Of a stretch of 64,000 nt of DNA, positions 9,204 to 22,026 are shown piece after piece. The notes under the pieces were generated by a model, which was given only the letters and a program-made list of their open reading frames with translations, was not told the DNA's origin and ran no database searches. Position numbers and translations under genes: made by a program. Position 1 is the first letter of the stretch. Each line of letters begins with the position of its first letter. Source of the DNA: an uncultured Haloferula sp. (GTDB lineage: Bacteria; Verrucomicrobiota; Verrucomicrobiia; Verrucomicrobiales; Akkermansiaceae); NCBI GenBank assembly GCA_965652295.1, contig CBFGTS010000003.1, positions 96,001 through 160,000 on the forward strand, in the 5' to 3' direction.

Positions 9204-12113
9204 CTAATTCAGACGCAAGAACAGCTTCTGCTCCGTGGCGGGGATCGTCCACGAGACGCGCTCGCTCAGCCCCGAGGCATCCAGCGGTTGGACTCGGGAA
9301 GTTCCTACCGCCGAGTGCCAGTCGTTCATGTCAATGGAGGTTTCCAATGTCATGTCGGTTGGAAAACCGCCACGCCGGTCGTAGGACAACGCCACCGCGC
9401 CATCCGCGAGCTGCCATGAACACCATGGATTCCCTTCGTTGACGAACGGGTCCCGCAACAACCACCACTCGACCCGGTTCGGGACACCGTCGTGGTCGGG
9501 GTCGGCACCGGGGCCGCCGATGCCATCGTCTGCGAGTTCCGACGCGGAGAACCGGGATTCCCTCCAGCTCTCCCAATCCTGCGAAACCCAATCGTCCGCG
9601 TCGGCCCCGCCGACAAGCGCGACATCTTCCACATGAAAGGTGGAAATCGGCGAGCCGCTGGCGTTCTGAATCATCAGGCCGTTGAAGTCCGGCACATTGG
9701 CCAAGCCCAGTTCCGACAGGTGGATCACCACGCGGGTCCACACCCCGGCAAATGGCGATGGAATCGGCGTGGACCCCACGGCCTCTCCGTCACGAACGCT
9801 GATGACTTGGAGCGGCTGCCCTCCGCTCTCCCCGCCGTGGACCCAGAATGCCACCGCGGAGTAGCCGGTGGTGTCCTGCAGCGACGACCGTCGCAGGTAA
9901 AGGGCTTCCCAGGCCCCCGCCGTGACAGCGATGGCGGAAGATCCGCGCCGCACCTGGAAGGTCGATGCCATGTCCACCGTCGCCCAACTCCAGCTTACCC
10001 AAGCCGGGTCCAAATTATCCTGATAGATCATCTTGTCCATGACCGGCGGGTCCGGGTCCGGGTCCGTATCACCTCCCCACGTCGTTCCCATGATGCTGTC
10101 AAACACGGGGATGAACGCGTCCGCAATCTTCGCCTGCCCCACGATGTTCGGGTGGTAGTGCGGGCCAAAGTCGTCCGGCACCACGAGATTGTAGGACACG
10201 CTGGCGAAATGCACCTTGCTGTCGCCCGACGCGCTTGCAGCTGCAGCGATGTAGCCGCTGGCAACGGAATCCATGCTGGACAGGTACGTGCAGATGATGT
10301 GGGCGTCGGGATAGTGGCTGCGCAAGGTCTCGATGAAACTGAGATAGCCACCCACATACTGCTCTTCGGAAGGATGGGGCGTGGTGGAAAAATCGTTGAT
10401 GCCCAGAGCGACGACGACCACGTCCGGCTGCCAGGCGAAGTCGTAGTCGTTATTCGCCACCGTCCCGCAGGTTCGCGGGAAAACTGGCGGAAAGGGGTCC
10501 ACGGACGTCTGATTGGAGTCTCCGTAGTTCCGAACCATCCCTTTCCCGGACCAGGCGGTAATCATGCATTCCGCGTTGTAATGGCTGGCCATGTGGGACG
10601 CGTAGGTGAGGCACGCGTTTTCGGTGGAGAAGTAGAACGTGTCAGAGAACTCCCCCTCGACGCCATAGCCGCAGGTGTAGGAATCCCCGATGAAGGCCAT
10701 TTTCCGGCTTGGAGCCGGATCCGGCGCGACCAAGGTCTTGCCACCGTCGAGAATGAAACCGCGAAACGTGTTCTTGCCCAGGCTCGCTTCCGCCCTCCGG
10801 CAAAGCGAAATACGGTGGATGCCGTCGCTCAACCCGGACGCCACCAGGAACGTTTCCAAGCCGCCGGTCGAACTGATGATCGGGCTTGTCTTGGCACCAT
10901 CAATGAACACGTCGAAGTATTTGCCCGGGCCCTCCATCTTCACCGAGCAGGAGGTTCCCTGAAACTTCGCGCGGATGGTGCTATGCGACCAATCGAAGCC
11001 CGGAGCCGAGGAAATCGTCCGATCGAACCTCCCGACATATTGGATGTTCGGATTGTCCGCACCGATGTCGCTCTGACCCTGGGGCGGATCCGTTTTTGCG
11101 AGGACGATGTCACCGCCGTTGGGCACGGCGTCGAACATGAGCTTGCCATCCACAACCCGGCATTCCACCAGCGCTCCGTCCTGAGTGACCGTGGCGGCGG
11201 CCCACCCACTCGGCATCGGGCGGCGCAACGTGAGGGGGTAGTCGAAAATCGTGGTGTCCAAGCCATGGGTGAGCCGAAGGGTGATGCTGGTCGCGCCACT
11301 CGAAACGACCGTCAGCACGGCGGCATCCCGCTCCTGAATGTAGCAGGACACGTTGCCAAAGGTTTCGACCCACCATTTGTCCGGCGTGGCCGTCACATGG
11401 TCCAGGTTTGATTGGAGAGCCGTGGAGGCAATCGGGCAGCAGGCCGGATCATCGTCGATGCCGTGTAGCAACCAGACCAGCCAGCTTCCCGAACTGGCCG
11501 CATTGTCGGCCTTGGCATTCATGTCGCCGTCGGGTCCCATCGCGCCGATACTCAGAAAATCCGTCGGCGTGCTGGGAACCAATGCTCCATTGCAACTCCG
11601 CGCGAACGCGTAAAACTCCGAGGTGACCGATTTGTCCGGTACCGTGCAGTACGGGTAGGCGACACTGACGCATTTTTCTCCCGTATGCGATTCGATGACT
11701 TCCTGGGACCCGAACAATTGCGCGGTCAGATCATCATTCGAAAGCGTCGTGAGGTCGGGATGCGTCAAGGTATGGCTGCCGATCTCGTGTCCCTTGGATG
11801 AGGCGTTTTCGATCGTTTCCCACTGGGAGGCGGAGAGGTCTCCGACGATGCAGAAGAACGTGGCAGGCAGGCCTTTCGCATCGAACATGGGTTGAGCCAC
11901 GGAGAACTGCTTCGGAGAGTTGTCATCGAACGTGTAGGAAACGGCGCTCGCGCGGAATCCGCGCCAGGTCGCAAGCTCATAGGGTACGGGAACCGTGGCG
12001 GCAAACGTGGCGTCGGTCGTGCCCCACGTGCTCAGAAAAAGGAACACTGCGACCGAGCGCAGCGCCTGCGTCCGGCGGTGCTTTTTCCCGCGGTTCGATG
12101 GAATGGAATGCAT
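9204..12113 (-). CDS. Multidomain carbohydrate esterase: polysaccharide deacetylase (CE4-like) + CE2-like SGNH esterase + CBM-like domain + verrucomicrobial C-terminal tail
   Basis: SYTFDD and HEIGSHTLTH (NodB fold); FIGDSYTCGYG, SGKG, LGIND and HYHPN (CE2/SGNH); DTDPDPDPP linker; DPDHDGVPN...KLFLRLN tail. Confidence 0.85.
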   Translation of the reverse strand: MHSIPSNRGKKHRRTQALRSVAVFLFLSTWGTTDATFAATVPVPYELATWRGFRASAVSYTFDDNSPKQFSVAQPMFDAKGLPATFFCIVGDLSASQWETIENASSKGHEIGSHTLTHPDLTTLSNDDLTAQLFGSQEVIESHTGEKCVSVAYPYCTVPDKSVTSEFYAFARSCNGALVPSTPTDFLSIGAMGPDGDMNAKADNAASSGSWLVWLLHGIDDDPACCPIASTALQSNLDHVTATPDKWWVETFGNVSCYIQERDAAVLTVVSSGATSITLRLTHGLDTTIFDYPLTLRRPMPSGWAAATVTQDGALVECRVVDGKLMFDAVPNGGDIVLAKTDPPQGQSDIGADNPNIQYVGRFDRTISSAPGFDWSHSTIRAKFQGTSCSVKMEGPGKYFDVFIDGAKTSPIISSTGGLETFLVASGLSDGIHRISLCRRAEASLGKNTFRGFILDGGKTLVAPDPAPSRKMAFIGDSYTCGYGVEGEFSDTFYFSTENACLTYASHMASHYNAECMITAWSGKGMVRNYGDSNQTSVDPFPPVFPRTCGTVANNDYDFAWQPDVVVVALGINDFSTTPHPSEEQYVGGYLSFIETLRSHYPDAHIICTYLSSMDSVASGYIAAAASASGDSKVHFASVSYNLVVPDDFGPHYHPNIVGQAKIADAFIPVFDSIMGTTWGGDTDPDPDPPVMDKMIYQDNLDPAWVSWSWATVDMASTFQVRRGSSAIAVTAGAWEALYLRRSSLQDTTGYSAVAFWVHGGESGGQPLQVISVRDGEAVGSTPIPSPFAGVWTRVVIHLSELGLANVPDFNGLMIQNASGSPISTFHVEDVALVGGADADDWVSQDWESWRESRFSASELADDGIGGPGADPDHDGVPNRVEWWLLRDPFVNEGNPWCSWQLADGAVALSYDRRGGFPTDMTLETSIDMNDWHSAVGTSRVQPLDASGLSERVSWTIPATEQKLFLRLN

Positions 12114-12195
12114 GGTCGGATGGCGGTCTGAGCTTAGTCACCCAGACCAGCAAGAAACCTGCTGCCCATCAAGATTGGCCGATGGGGATTTCCCG

Positions 12196-12213
12196 CTCCC
12201 CCGACAGGGGGGC
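12196..12213. promoter_or_regulatory. Candidate CAZyme-regulon box
   Basis: CTCCCCCGACAGGGGGGC, about 85 bp upstream of the esterase start. Confidence 0.5.
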
Positions 12214-12236
12214 GTGCGGCGGGATCCGGTCGGCGA

Positions 12237-13268
12237 TTACTTGCCGTCTTTCGACCGAAGCAGCGCCAGCCGGTATGGGAGCTGGCTGTAGTCCTCCGTC
12301 TGCGTGCCCTGAGCCACTCCTTGATAGAGGAAGAGCATGTTTCGGGGATCGACGATCATGCATTCATCATTCGTTTCCCGAATCAGTTCCCCGTGGCTGA
12401 TGCCGGAGGTCCATGGCTCACCGCCATCCACGGCAGTCACGTTTTTCGGCCCGGCGAACGGTTTCTCCCAGCTTCCGCCTTCCGGCATGGGTGTCCATTC
12501 CCCGTCCAGACGGTCGGTCTTGAACCCGCGGAAATAGCGGACGCCGTGCTCACCCATGCACTCGATGATGCAGAGGTAGTCGTCCGAACCCTTCAACCTG
12601 TACACGCACACGGCCTCGAACATATCCGCGGCCCGGTCCTCCTGCATGACCACCACGGGTTCGCTGAAACCCTTGGGGAATTCGTCGATCGTGGTCCGGC
12701 TGCGATAGAACCTTCCGTGATCGTCGGGGAAAAACAGGTATGCGTGGGTGTCATCGCAGATGATCCAGAAATCCAGCCAGCCCTCGACGACACTGGCCGG
12801 CTGCGCATCGAAGAAGGACTGGGGAGCACTCCAGCCCTCAGGCCGATCGATGTCGTCATTCGTGGAGAACGTCGGCTGCGGCGATTGGAAAATGAGGTAC
12901 CATTTCCGCTGCGGTCTGAAATAGAAGACCTGGGGCGCACAATGGTAACCGGCGAATATCGGCAGCTGGTCGAAGTAAAAGGGCTGGGTTTGCGATGCCT
13001 CCTTCCAGCTCTTGAACGAACGATACTCCATGCCCCATGCCCCCTTCGTGTCCACCGTGGTGGAAAAGAGATGCCACTTTCCTCCGTGACGAACGATCGT
13101 CGGGTCCTTGACGGCGACCGCCGAATGTTCGGCGTCCGGCACAGGCGAGATCAATGGCCCGGTCGTCGTCCATTCGAGCGAACGGAATGGCGATTCGTCG
13201 GCGTGCCCGGCGTGACTCAAAGCAACGCCAATCAGGGCGGCTCGAAAAACGGAGGTCAAAGTTTTCAT
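12237..13268 (-). CDS. GH62 alpha-L-arabinofuranosidase
   Basis: KDPTIV, APQVFYFRPQRKWYLIFQ, MFEA, ISHGELIR and YSQLPYRL motifs. Confidence 0.88.
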   Translation of the reverse strand: MKTLTSVFRAALIGVALSHAGHADESPFRSLEWTTTGPLISPVPDAEHSAVAVKDPTIVRHGGKWHLFSTTVDTKGAWGMEYRSFKSWKEASQTQPFYFDQLPIFAGYHCAPQVFYFRPQRKWYLIFQSPQPTFSTNDDIDRPEGWSAPQSFFDAQPASVVEGWLDFWIICDDTHAYLFFPDDHGRFYRSRTTIDEFPKGFSEPVVVMQEDRAADMFEAVCVYRLKGSDDYLCIIECMGEHGVRYFRGFKTDRLDGEWTPMPEGGSWEKPFAGPKNVTAVDGGEPWTSGISHGELIRETNDECMIVDPRNMLFLYQGVAQGTQTEDYSQLPYRLALLRSKDGK

Positions 13269-13301
13269 AGGATGGATCGTCGCTGCGGGTCGGGAGGACT
13301 T

Positions 13302-15711
<2,410 letters not shown>

Positions 15712-15758
15712 CTTTGAACGGTCGTAAGAAATCGGGACGGACAATGCGGAGGCTCAAG

Positions 15759-17690
15759 TCACTCCACATCGGTCCGGAACGGTGAGGCAGGCAGACCGTC
15801 GCGATTGAAAAGATTGCCTTCCGGCACATCCGCCCAGCCGTAGCGGACGGCGACCGGATCCTTCACCTCCGCCGAGGTCACCACCACGTTGTCGCCCACG
15901 ATCCTCGCTTCCGCCGGGTGGAAATTCTTATCCTCCCCCGCAATCGTGAAGCCCTTGAGTTCGCCGTCCTTCGCTACCAGTCCGCCGCCGGTGTGACTGA
16001 AGTGCAGCACCGCTTTGCCGCCCCGCGCCTTCATGGCTTCGAAGACCGGACCGGAGTATTCGATTTTTTCGCCGTAGGCCAAGGCGCGCGCCGCCAGAGC
16101 AAGCCGGGCGCCTACGGGTTGCTTGTGCGTCGGGTGGATGTCGTGCGCGTCCCCGCAGTCGATCGTCACGGCCATCGCCGTGTTCCCGGTCTTCTTGGCG
16201 GTGAGGAACTGAGCCTCGCGGATCTCCGGCGGCATGCCGTTGAAGGGAGCGATCTGCACAAACAGGAATGGAAAGTCCTTGCCCCCCCAGACCTTGCGCC
16301 AGCCTTCGATCATCGCCGGAAACAAGGTCTGATACTGCTTCTCGCGACCGGCATTCGACTCGCCCTGGTACCAAATGACACCGCGAATTGCATAAGGCAC
16401 CAGCGGTGCGATCATGCCGTTGTAGAGAACGGTCGGCGTGCTCGGACTGTCCGAGACATCCGTCGGCGGCCAGCCGGCTTCTCTCATGGTCACACTGGCC
16501 TTGCAGCGCCATTCGCCGGAAAGCGGAACGGTCTCTTCCTTCCCGTCCGCGTGGAAGACCATCCGCAGAGTGTCATGGCCACCATACACTCCGCCGCCAC
16601 CCGAAACGTCGAGCACGCGCACCGCGATGGTGTTTTTGCCACGCTTCAGCAGGCGGCCCGGCACCTGGTAGACGCGCGGAACATCCCAGCCGTTCGTCAT
16701 GCCGACCTGCTCGCCATTGATCCAGGTCGTGTCCATGTCGTCCACCGCACCGAGGTGCAGCTCGACATCGCCACCGTCCCAAGCTTCCGGCAGCACCAAG
16801 GTGCGCCGGAACCATACAATGCCGTCAAAATCCGGATAGCCCGAGTTTTCCCAAAACGCCGGCAAGGCCATCGTTTGCCAACCGCTCTCGTCCAAGGTCG
16901 CCAAGCTCCACTCCGCGCCAGGCTTCGAGGCCGGGTCCACTTGCCCGAACCAGACCGTCTGTTTCTCCTGCGTCCTGCGACGCACCTCCTCCGGATCGGC
17001 GATGAGTTGCTTGAGGCTCGTCAACGTCTCCGCAAAATCCGGCAGCGTTTGCAGCGTTTCCTCGTTCGTCCATGCCTCAGCCGGCGTGCCGCCCCAGGCG
17101 CTGAAAATGATGCCTACCGGCACCTCCCTGGCAGCGAAAACGTCGCGCGCGAAGAAATAGCCGACGGCGGAAAAGTCTCCGGCCGTCTCCGGAGAGCACA
17201 CCGCCCATGTCCCGTTCGCCGTCGTCTGGGGCGCGAACGACTTGACCTGCGGCACCTGGAACTGACGGATCTGCGGATATTTGGCCGCAGCCACTTCCTT
17301 TTCCCAATCCACGATCGGCTGTTGCCCCGGCCGCAAGCCGAGCTGCCGTTCCATGTTCGACTGACCGCTGGCGATCCAGACTTCGCCGACAAGGACGTCC
17401 GAAATCTGCAGCGTGTTGTCGCCGCGAACCCCGAGTTTCTGAGGACGGGCGTTAGCTTTCATTGGCGCGAGCCACACCTTCCACTGACCGTCAGCGACGG
17501 TGGTGAAAACCTTCTGGCCGCCGAAAGTCACGGTGACTTTCTCGCCATTGCGACCAGTGCCCCACACGGGCACCTTGGCATCGCACTGCAGCACGGCGTG
17601 ATCCTGAAACAACGGGTTCAGTTCCACCGCCATCCCCCGGGGCGCGCTGGCGAAGAGGACGATAGGGAGAATTCGTGACATGGATTTCAT
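15759..17690 (-). CDS. Sialate O-acetylesterase-family (SASA) carbohydrate esterase
   Basis: GEVWIASGQSNM, WYQGESN, DIHP and LPASPFRTD motifs, with a beta-sandwich insertion. Confidence 0.88.
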   Translation of the reverse strand: MKSMSRILPIVLFASAPRGMAVELNPLFQDHAVLQCDAKVPVWGTGRNGEKVTVTFGGQKVFTTVADGQWKVWLAPMKANARPQKLGVRGDNTLQISDVLVGEVWIASGQSNMERQLGLRPGQQPIVDWEKEVAAAKYPQIRQFQVPQVKSFAPQTTANGTWAVCSPETAGDFSAVGYFFARDVFAAREVPVGIIFSAWGGTPAEAWTNEETLQTLPDFAETLTSLKQLIADPEEVRRRTQEKQTVWFGQVDPASKPGAEWSLATLDESGWQTMALPAFWENSGYPDFDGIVWFRRTLVLPEAWDGGDVELHLGAVDDMDTTWINGEQVGMTNGWDVPRVYQVPGRLLKRGKNTIAVRVLDVSGGGGVYGGHDTLRMVFHADGKEETVPLSGEWRCKASVTMREAGWPPTDVSDSPSTPTVLYNGMIAPLVPYAIRGVIWYQGESNAGREKQYQTLFPAMIEGWRKVWGGKDFPFLFVQIAPFNGMPPEIREAQFLTAKKTGNTAMAVTIDCGDAHDIHPTHKQPVGARLALAARALAYGEKIEYSGPVFEAMKARGGKAVLHFSHTGGGLVAKDGELKGFTIAGEDKNFHPAEARIVGDNVVVTSAEVKDPVAVRYGWADVPEGNLFNRDGLPASPFRTDVE

Positions 17691-17715
17691 GATCATTGAC
17701 GGAAGGACTGGGTTT

Positions 17716-20169
17716 TCACGGGACGGATGGACGCGGCGTAACGGGTTCGGATTGGAGAAGCACCGATGCGGGTGCCAACCCATCGGCGTGTGCCGTGACA
17801 CGGATTTCACCCGCGGTGCCGGTGCTTTGCACAATGACTTGCGCCAGACCGTTGAACAGGCTGCGTTTCCAGGTGGCGGAGGGATCGACGAAGCAATCGG
17901 GCTCGTGCGAGCCAGGATCGCCATTGCCGACGCCGATGATTTTCCCTGGGCCGCTGATTTCAAAAGAGATCGGGTGGTTTGCGGTGGGAACCATCCGCCC
18001 CTCGGCATCGGCGACCTGCACGGTGATGACCGAGACGTCCGCGCCATCGGCGGCGAGCGCGGCACGGTGAGGCGCGAGTTGGATCGCGGCGGGCGCACCG
18101 GTGGTTTCGACCTTGGATGTTAGAACTTCCTCTCCGCCCTTGTAGCCTTTCGCGACCAGCGTGCCGGGAGTATATTTTACGGGCCATTCGAGATGTGAGT
18201 ATTTCGTCATCGCCTTGCGGCCCAGGCTTTCGCCATTGAGGAACAGCTCCACTTCATCGCAATTGCTGTACGCCCAGACGCTGATTGCCTGGCCTTCTTT
18301 CCCCTGCCAGTTCCAGTGCGGGAAAATGTGGAGCACCGGTTCGTCCGTCCACCAGGATTTCAGATAGAACATGCCGTCCTTCGGGAAGCCGCACAGGTCG
18401 AGGATGCCGAACTGCGAGCCGATGGCGGGCCATGAGAAAGGTGTCGGTTCGCCGCGATAATCGAAGCCGGTCCAGATGCACATGCCCGCCAGGAACGGCT
18501 TCTCCGCATAGTGCGACCACGCCTGTTCGAGGCTCGAACCCCAGTCGGAAGGGTCCCAGTCGTAGGCGTTGAGGTGGCACTCCTCGCGATCGTCGAAATA
18601 GATACCGCGGGTCTGGTTGAACGCGCACTCTTCGGTACCGATCATCGGTTGATCCGGGTGACGCTCATGCCATTGATCGGTGGTGGCGCCGCCTCTTGCC
18701 AGGTTGCCGAGGTAATTCACGCCAGCAACCTCGACGACCTCGGAGAATCCCCCACCCCAACCGCCGCTGATGGCGACGGTGACGGGCCGCGTGGAATCCA
18801 GCTGTTTCGTCCAGCGCTGCATGGTCGAGGCGATCCGCGCACCAGTGTCGCTGCCTTCGACTTTCCATTCCTCGTTTCCAATCGACCAGAGAATCACGCT
18901 CGGATGGTTGCGGTCGCGAAGGATCATGCGGCGCAGATGATCATGATGGAACTCCGCGGTGCCCATGAGACGGTTTTCATCGATCACCAGCATGCCGAGC
19001 CGGTCGCAGACATCGAGCAGCTCAGGCGTCGGCGGGTTGTGCGAAGCGCGGTAGATGTTGCAGCCGAACTCCTTGAGTTTCGTGATGCGGTATTCCTGCA
19101 AGGCATCCGGAATGGCCGCGCCCACCCCCGCATGATCCTGGTGGTTGTTCGTGCCCTTGAGCTTCACATGCTTGCCATTGAGGAAGAAGCCCTCGTTCGC
19201 ATCGAAACGGATCGAACGGATGCCGAAGGTCGTTTCATAGTGGTCCACCACCGCGTTGTTAGAGACGATGGTTGTGACGAGTTTGTACCGGTGCGGCGTT
19301 TCAAGGGACCAGAGCCTCGGCCGGGGAATAGGCAGCACCTGACTGAATTCGGCCCGCTCTCCGGCAGGCAGAGCGAGTTCCTTCGCATGCGTCGAAGCGA
19401 CGGTCTTCCCGTCGGCATCCAGAACGATCTGCCCGATTTCAAAGACAGCATCCTCCGCGCCTTCGTTCACTACGGAAACGCGAGCCGTCACGTCGGCCGC
19501 GTCCTCTTTCAATTCGGAAGTGACATAGGTGCCATGTCGCTCGACGTGCAGCGGGTTCGTCTTCACCAGCCAGACGTGCCGATAAATTCCAGCGCCCTCG
19601 TAGAACCAGCCTTCCTCCAACGATGCGTCCACGCGAACGACGATGACGTTTTCCCCGCCGTAATTCAGGAACTCGGTGAGATTGCGGGCAAAGCTGCTGT
19701 AGCCGCTTTCCTCGCGACCGAGGTAATGGCCGTTGATCCAGACGATCGAGTCGCGGAACACGCCGTCGAAGTCGACGCTGATCCGCCTGCCGAGGTCGGA
19801 AGCAGGAATAGTGAACGTCTTACGATACCAGCCGACGCTGTTCTCAGGGAAGTTCCGGCCGATCGCCTTGTATCCATGGCTCTTGCTGCCGCGCTCGCTG
19901 AACGGCAGCTCCACCGCCCAGTCATGCGGCAGATTGAGCGCCCGCCAGCCGCTGTCGTCGAATTCGAAAGCGGACGCACCCGTGCCGAAACCCGTTTTCG
20001 CCAGATAGGAAAAATCGCCCGTGGCGTGATCGAAATCCTTTGAAACCTCCGTGGCGTGACCGAACGCGAAGCGCCAACCGGAGTCCATCAGCAGCAGCTC
20101 ACGCGGCGACTCCGCGGAGGCGAACACAGACAGCAAGATTGCGATGGAGACAAACCTGATGATTCTCAT
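17716..20169 (-). CDS. GH2 beta-galactosidase (GalA-like)
   Basis: LPHDWAVE, EGWFYEGAGIYR, HQDHAGVG, NHPSVILWSIGNEE and WTGFDYRGEP motifs. Confidence 0.92.
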   Translation of the reverse strand: MRIIRFVSIAILLSVFASAESPRELLLMDSGWRFAFGHATEVSKDFDHATGDFSYLAKTGFGTGASAFEFDDSGWRALNLPHDWAVELPFSERGSKSHGYKAIGRNFPENSVGWYRKTFTIPASDLGRRISVDFDGVFRDSIVWINGHYLGREESGYSSFARNLTEFLNYGGENVIVVRVDASLEEGWFYEGAGIYRHVWLVKTNPLHVERHGTYVTSELKEDAADVTARVSVVNEGAEDAVFEIGQIVLDADGKTVASTHAKELALPAGERAEFSQVLPIPRPRLWSLETPHRYKLVTTIVSNNAVVDHYETTFGIRSIRFDANEGFFLNGKHVKLKGTNNHQDHAGVGAAIPDALQEYRITKLKEFGCNIYRASHNPPTPELLDVCDRLGMLVIDENRLMGTAEFHHDHLRRMILRDRNHPSVILWSIGNEEWKVEGSDTGARIASTMQRWTKQLDSTRPVTVAISGGWGGGFSEVVEVAGVNYLGNLARGGATTDQWHERHPDQPMIGTEECAFNQTRGIYFDDREECHLNAYDWDPSDWGSSLEQAWSHYAEKPFLAGMCIWTGFDYRGEPTPFSWPAIGSQFGILDLCGFPKDGMFYLKSWWTDEPVLHIFPHWNWQGKEGQAISVWAYSNCDEVELFLNGESLGRKAMTKYSHLEWPVKYTPGTLVAKGYKGGEEVLTSKVETTGAPAAIQLAPHRAALAADGADVSVITVQVADAEGRMVPTANHPISFEISGPGKIIGVGNGDPGSHEPDCFVDPSATWKRSLFNGLAQVIVQSTGTAGEIRVTAHADGLAPASVLLQSEPVTPRPSVP

Positions 20170-20227
20170 CTTCTTTGACCTGATTGGATGCTGGTACTCG
20201 TGGAGAAATGGCCGTCCCCATCGCCAC

Positions 20228-20264
20228 AAAAAAGCCGGAAGGCCGCTGGAGAGCAGCTTCCCGC
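20228..20264 (-). terminator. Intrinsic terminator-like hairpin in the leader of the GH2 operon
   Basis: Minus strand reads GCGGGAAGCTGCT-CTCC-AGCGGCCTTCCGGC-TTTTTT. Confidence 0.6.
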
Positions 20265-20361
20265 CCCTACGACCCACTGGCGCGAGGGAACGTTCCTCCA
20301 TGGGCTTTCAGCACGACCTCTTCCGTGACTTCCGAGCATAGGGGACCACCCCTCGCCCACC

Positions 20362-20379
20362 ATCCCCCATTGCAGGGAT
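20362..20379. promoter_or_regulatory. Candidate CAZyme-regulon box
   Basis: ATCCCCCATTGCAGGGAT, upstream of the 20169-12237 gene run. Confidence 0.6.
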
Positions 20380-20475
20380 TGTTGATTCCCCCCGCATCGC
20401 CGAAGGCCCGGATCCCACGCCGTCTCAAACGAGAAACGTCGAATCCGGAGCATTGGAAATCACCGAAAACGCCGC

Positions 20476-22026
20476 CTACCTGCTTCGTGAAGTGAGCTTG
20501 TAGAGCATCACGCCGTGGGGGCGCACCGTCGCTGACAGCGAACCCTCGATCTCCTCTAGATTCTTCTGCCGCCACAGATCGCGAACCTGCTGTCTTCCGC
20601 CCAAGCCGTAGCCAGCCAGTCCATCCAGCGTGACGGTCGCCTCCTTCTCCCCCATGTTGATAAAGCAGAGCGCGGTGGTTCCGTCTTCCAACGGCTTTCG
20701 ATAAACACGAACCTTGCCTAGATCGGCGATCCTGACGGCCGGTTTCCCCAGCGCATCCTGATCGATCGCAAGCACCTCGTCATTCGTCAGCAGCCCGAGA
20801 GTGAAATCGTCGAGTTTGGTCAGATCGCATCCGATCAACAATGGAGCCGACATCATGCACCACATGCTGACGTGAGCGTATTGCTCATCCGGCGTCAGAT
20901 GCGTGGGATGCATCGCCGATCCCACGCTCACCCAGCCAACCACCATCATGTCCGGATCGTTCCAATGCCCGGGACTCGCCACATGCGCCCATTTCTCGTT
21001 GGCATCGATGATCTGGGAGACGGAAACATGATAGGTCTGATCGCTACGCGGCTCCCAGTGATCCCAGATGTCTCCGGTGGTCCTCCAGACGTTGGACCAG
21101 CGGGCCAGCTCGACACCCGATTCGAAGGGAGCGGTATTCGAGAGGCTGAAAACGATGTCGCGCCCGGTGGAACGAAGCGCTTCAAACATTTCCCGCGTGC
21201 TGTCCACGTCATTGGGATTCCAGTCGTACTTGAGATAGTCGAACCCCCACTCGGCGAACTGCCTGGCATCCGCCTGCGCGAAGCTGATCGGGCCAATCTC
21301 CTGACCTGCTTTTCCCCCCAGCCGTTCAGCGGACCACTCGCCCTCCGGGTTGTCGGACGAGCCTCCGGGGTAGTTCGCGTAGGAGGTCATCCAAGGAGTG
21401 GAATAGACGCCCGTCTTCAGCCCCATGTCATGGAGCGCTTTGCACAAACCCTTCATGTCCGGAAACTTGTCATTTGCCAGCAACGCCTTGTCCGCACCCT
21501 CCCGCTTGCCTTGCCAAGCGTCGTCGATGTTCACATAGGACCAGCCGTGATTGATCAGGCCGGACGAAACCAGGATGCGCGCCGATTCCAACACTTTCTC
21601 TTGATCGACATTCACAGCCCAACTGTTCCAGCTGTTCCAACCCATCGGCGGCGTCAGAGCGATCTCCTCGCCCACCACGATCCGAAAGTCTCGAGTGGCC
21701 GAGTCCACGACATTCGCAGCCTTCAGGATCACCTTGTATTCGCCCGCCTTCTCAACCTTGCCAGTGATTCGGCCGGTTTGAGGGTCGATGCTCAGCCCCT
21801 CGGGAAGGCCATCCGCGCCGAACTCCATGGGACGCTTGCCGGTCGCCGGCACCGTGTAAAGGCAAGGCGATCCCGGCCGGACTCCGAACACCGATGGTCC
21901 ATTGATGCGGGGCGCCGCGGATGGAGGCGGCGTGAGGATGTGGCTCGACAAATCAGGGGCTTCTTCGGCAAGCAACGGCAGCATCGTAAAGGCCAGCGCG
22001 ACCGCGGCACCACGGGTTTTCTTCAT
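20476..22026 (-). CDS. GH27 alpha-galactosidase with N-terminal He_PIG-like Ig domain
   Basis: TPPMGWNSWN, NIDDAWQ, DYLKYDW, WRTTGDI and WNDPDMM motifs; LPEGLSIDPQTGRITG Ig repeat. Confidence 0.92.
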   Translation of the reverse strand: MKKTRGAAVALAFTMLPLLAEEAPDLSSHILTPPPSAAPRINGPSVFGVRPGSPCLYTVPATGKRPMEFGADGLPEGLSIDPQTGRITGKVEKAGEYKVILKAANVVDSATRDFRIVVGEEIALTPPMGWNSWNSWAVNVDQEKVLESARILVSSGLINHGWSYVNIDDAWQGKREGADKALLANDKFPDMKGLCKALHDMGLKTGVYSTPWMTSYANYPGGSSDNPEGEWSAERLGGKAGQEIGPISFAQADARQFAEWGFDYLKYDWNPNDVDSTREMFEALRSTGRDIVFSLSNTAPFESGVELARWSNVWRTTGDIWDHWEPRSDQTYHVSVSQIIDANEKWAHVASPGHWNDPDMMVVGWVSVGSAMHPTHLTPDEQYAHVSMWCMMSAPLLIGCDLTKLDDFTLGLLTNDEVLAIDQDALGKPAVRIADLGKVRVYRKPLEDGTTALCFINMGEKEATVTLDGLAGYGLGGRQQVRDLWRQKNLEEIEGSLSATVRPHGVMLYKLTSRSR

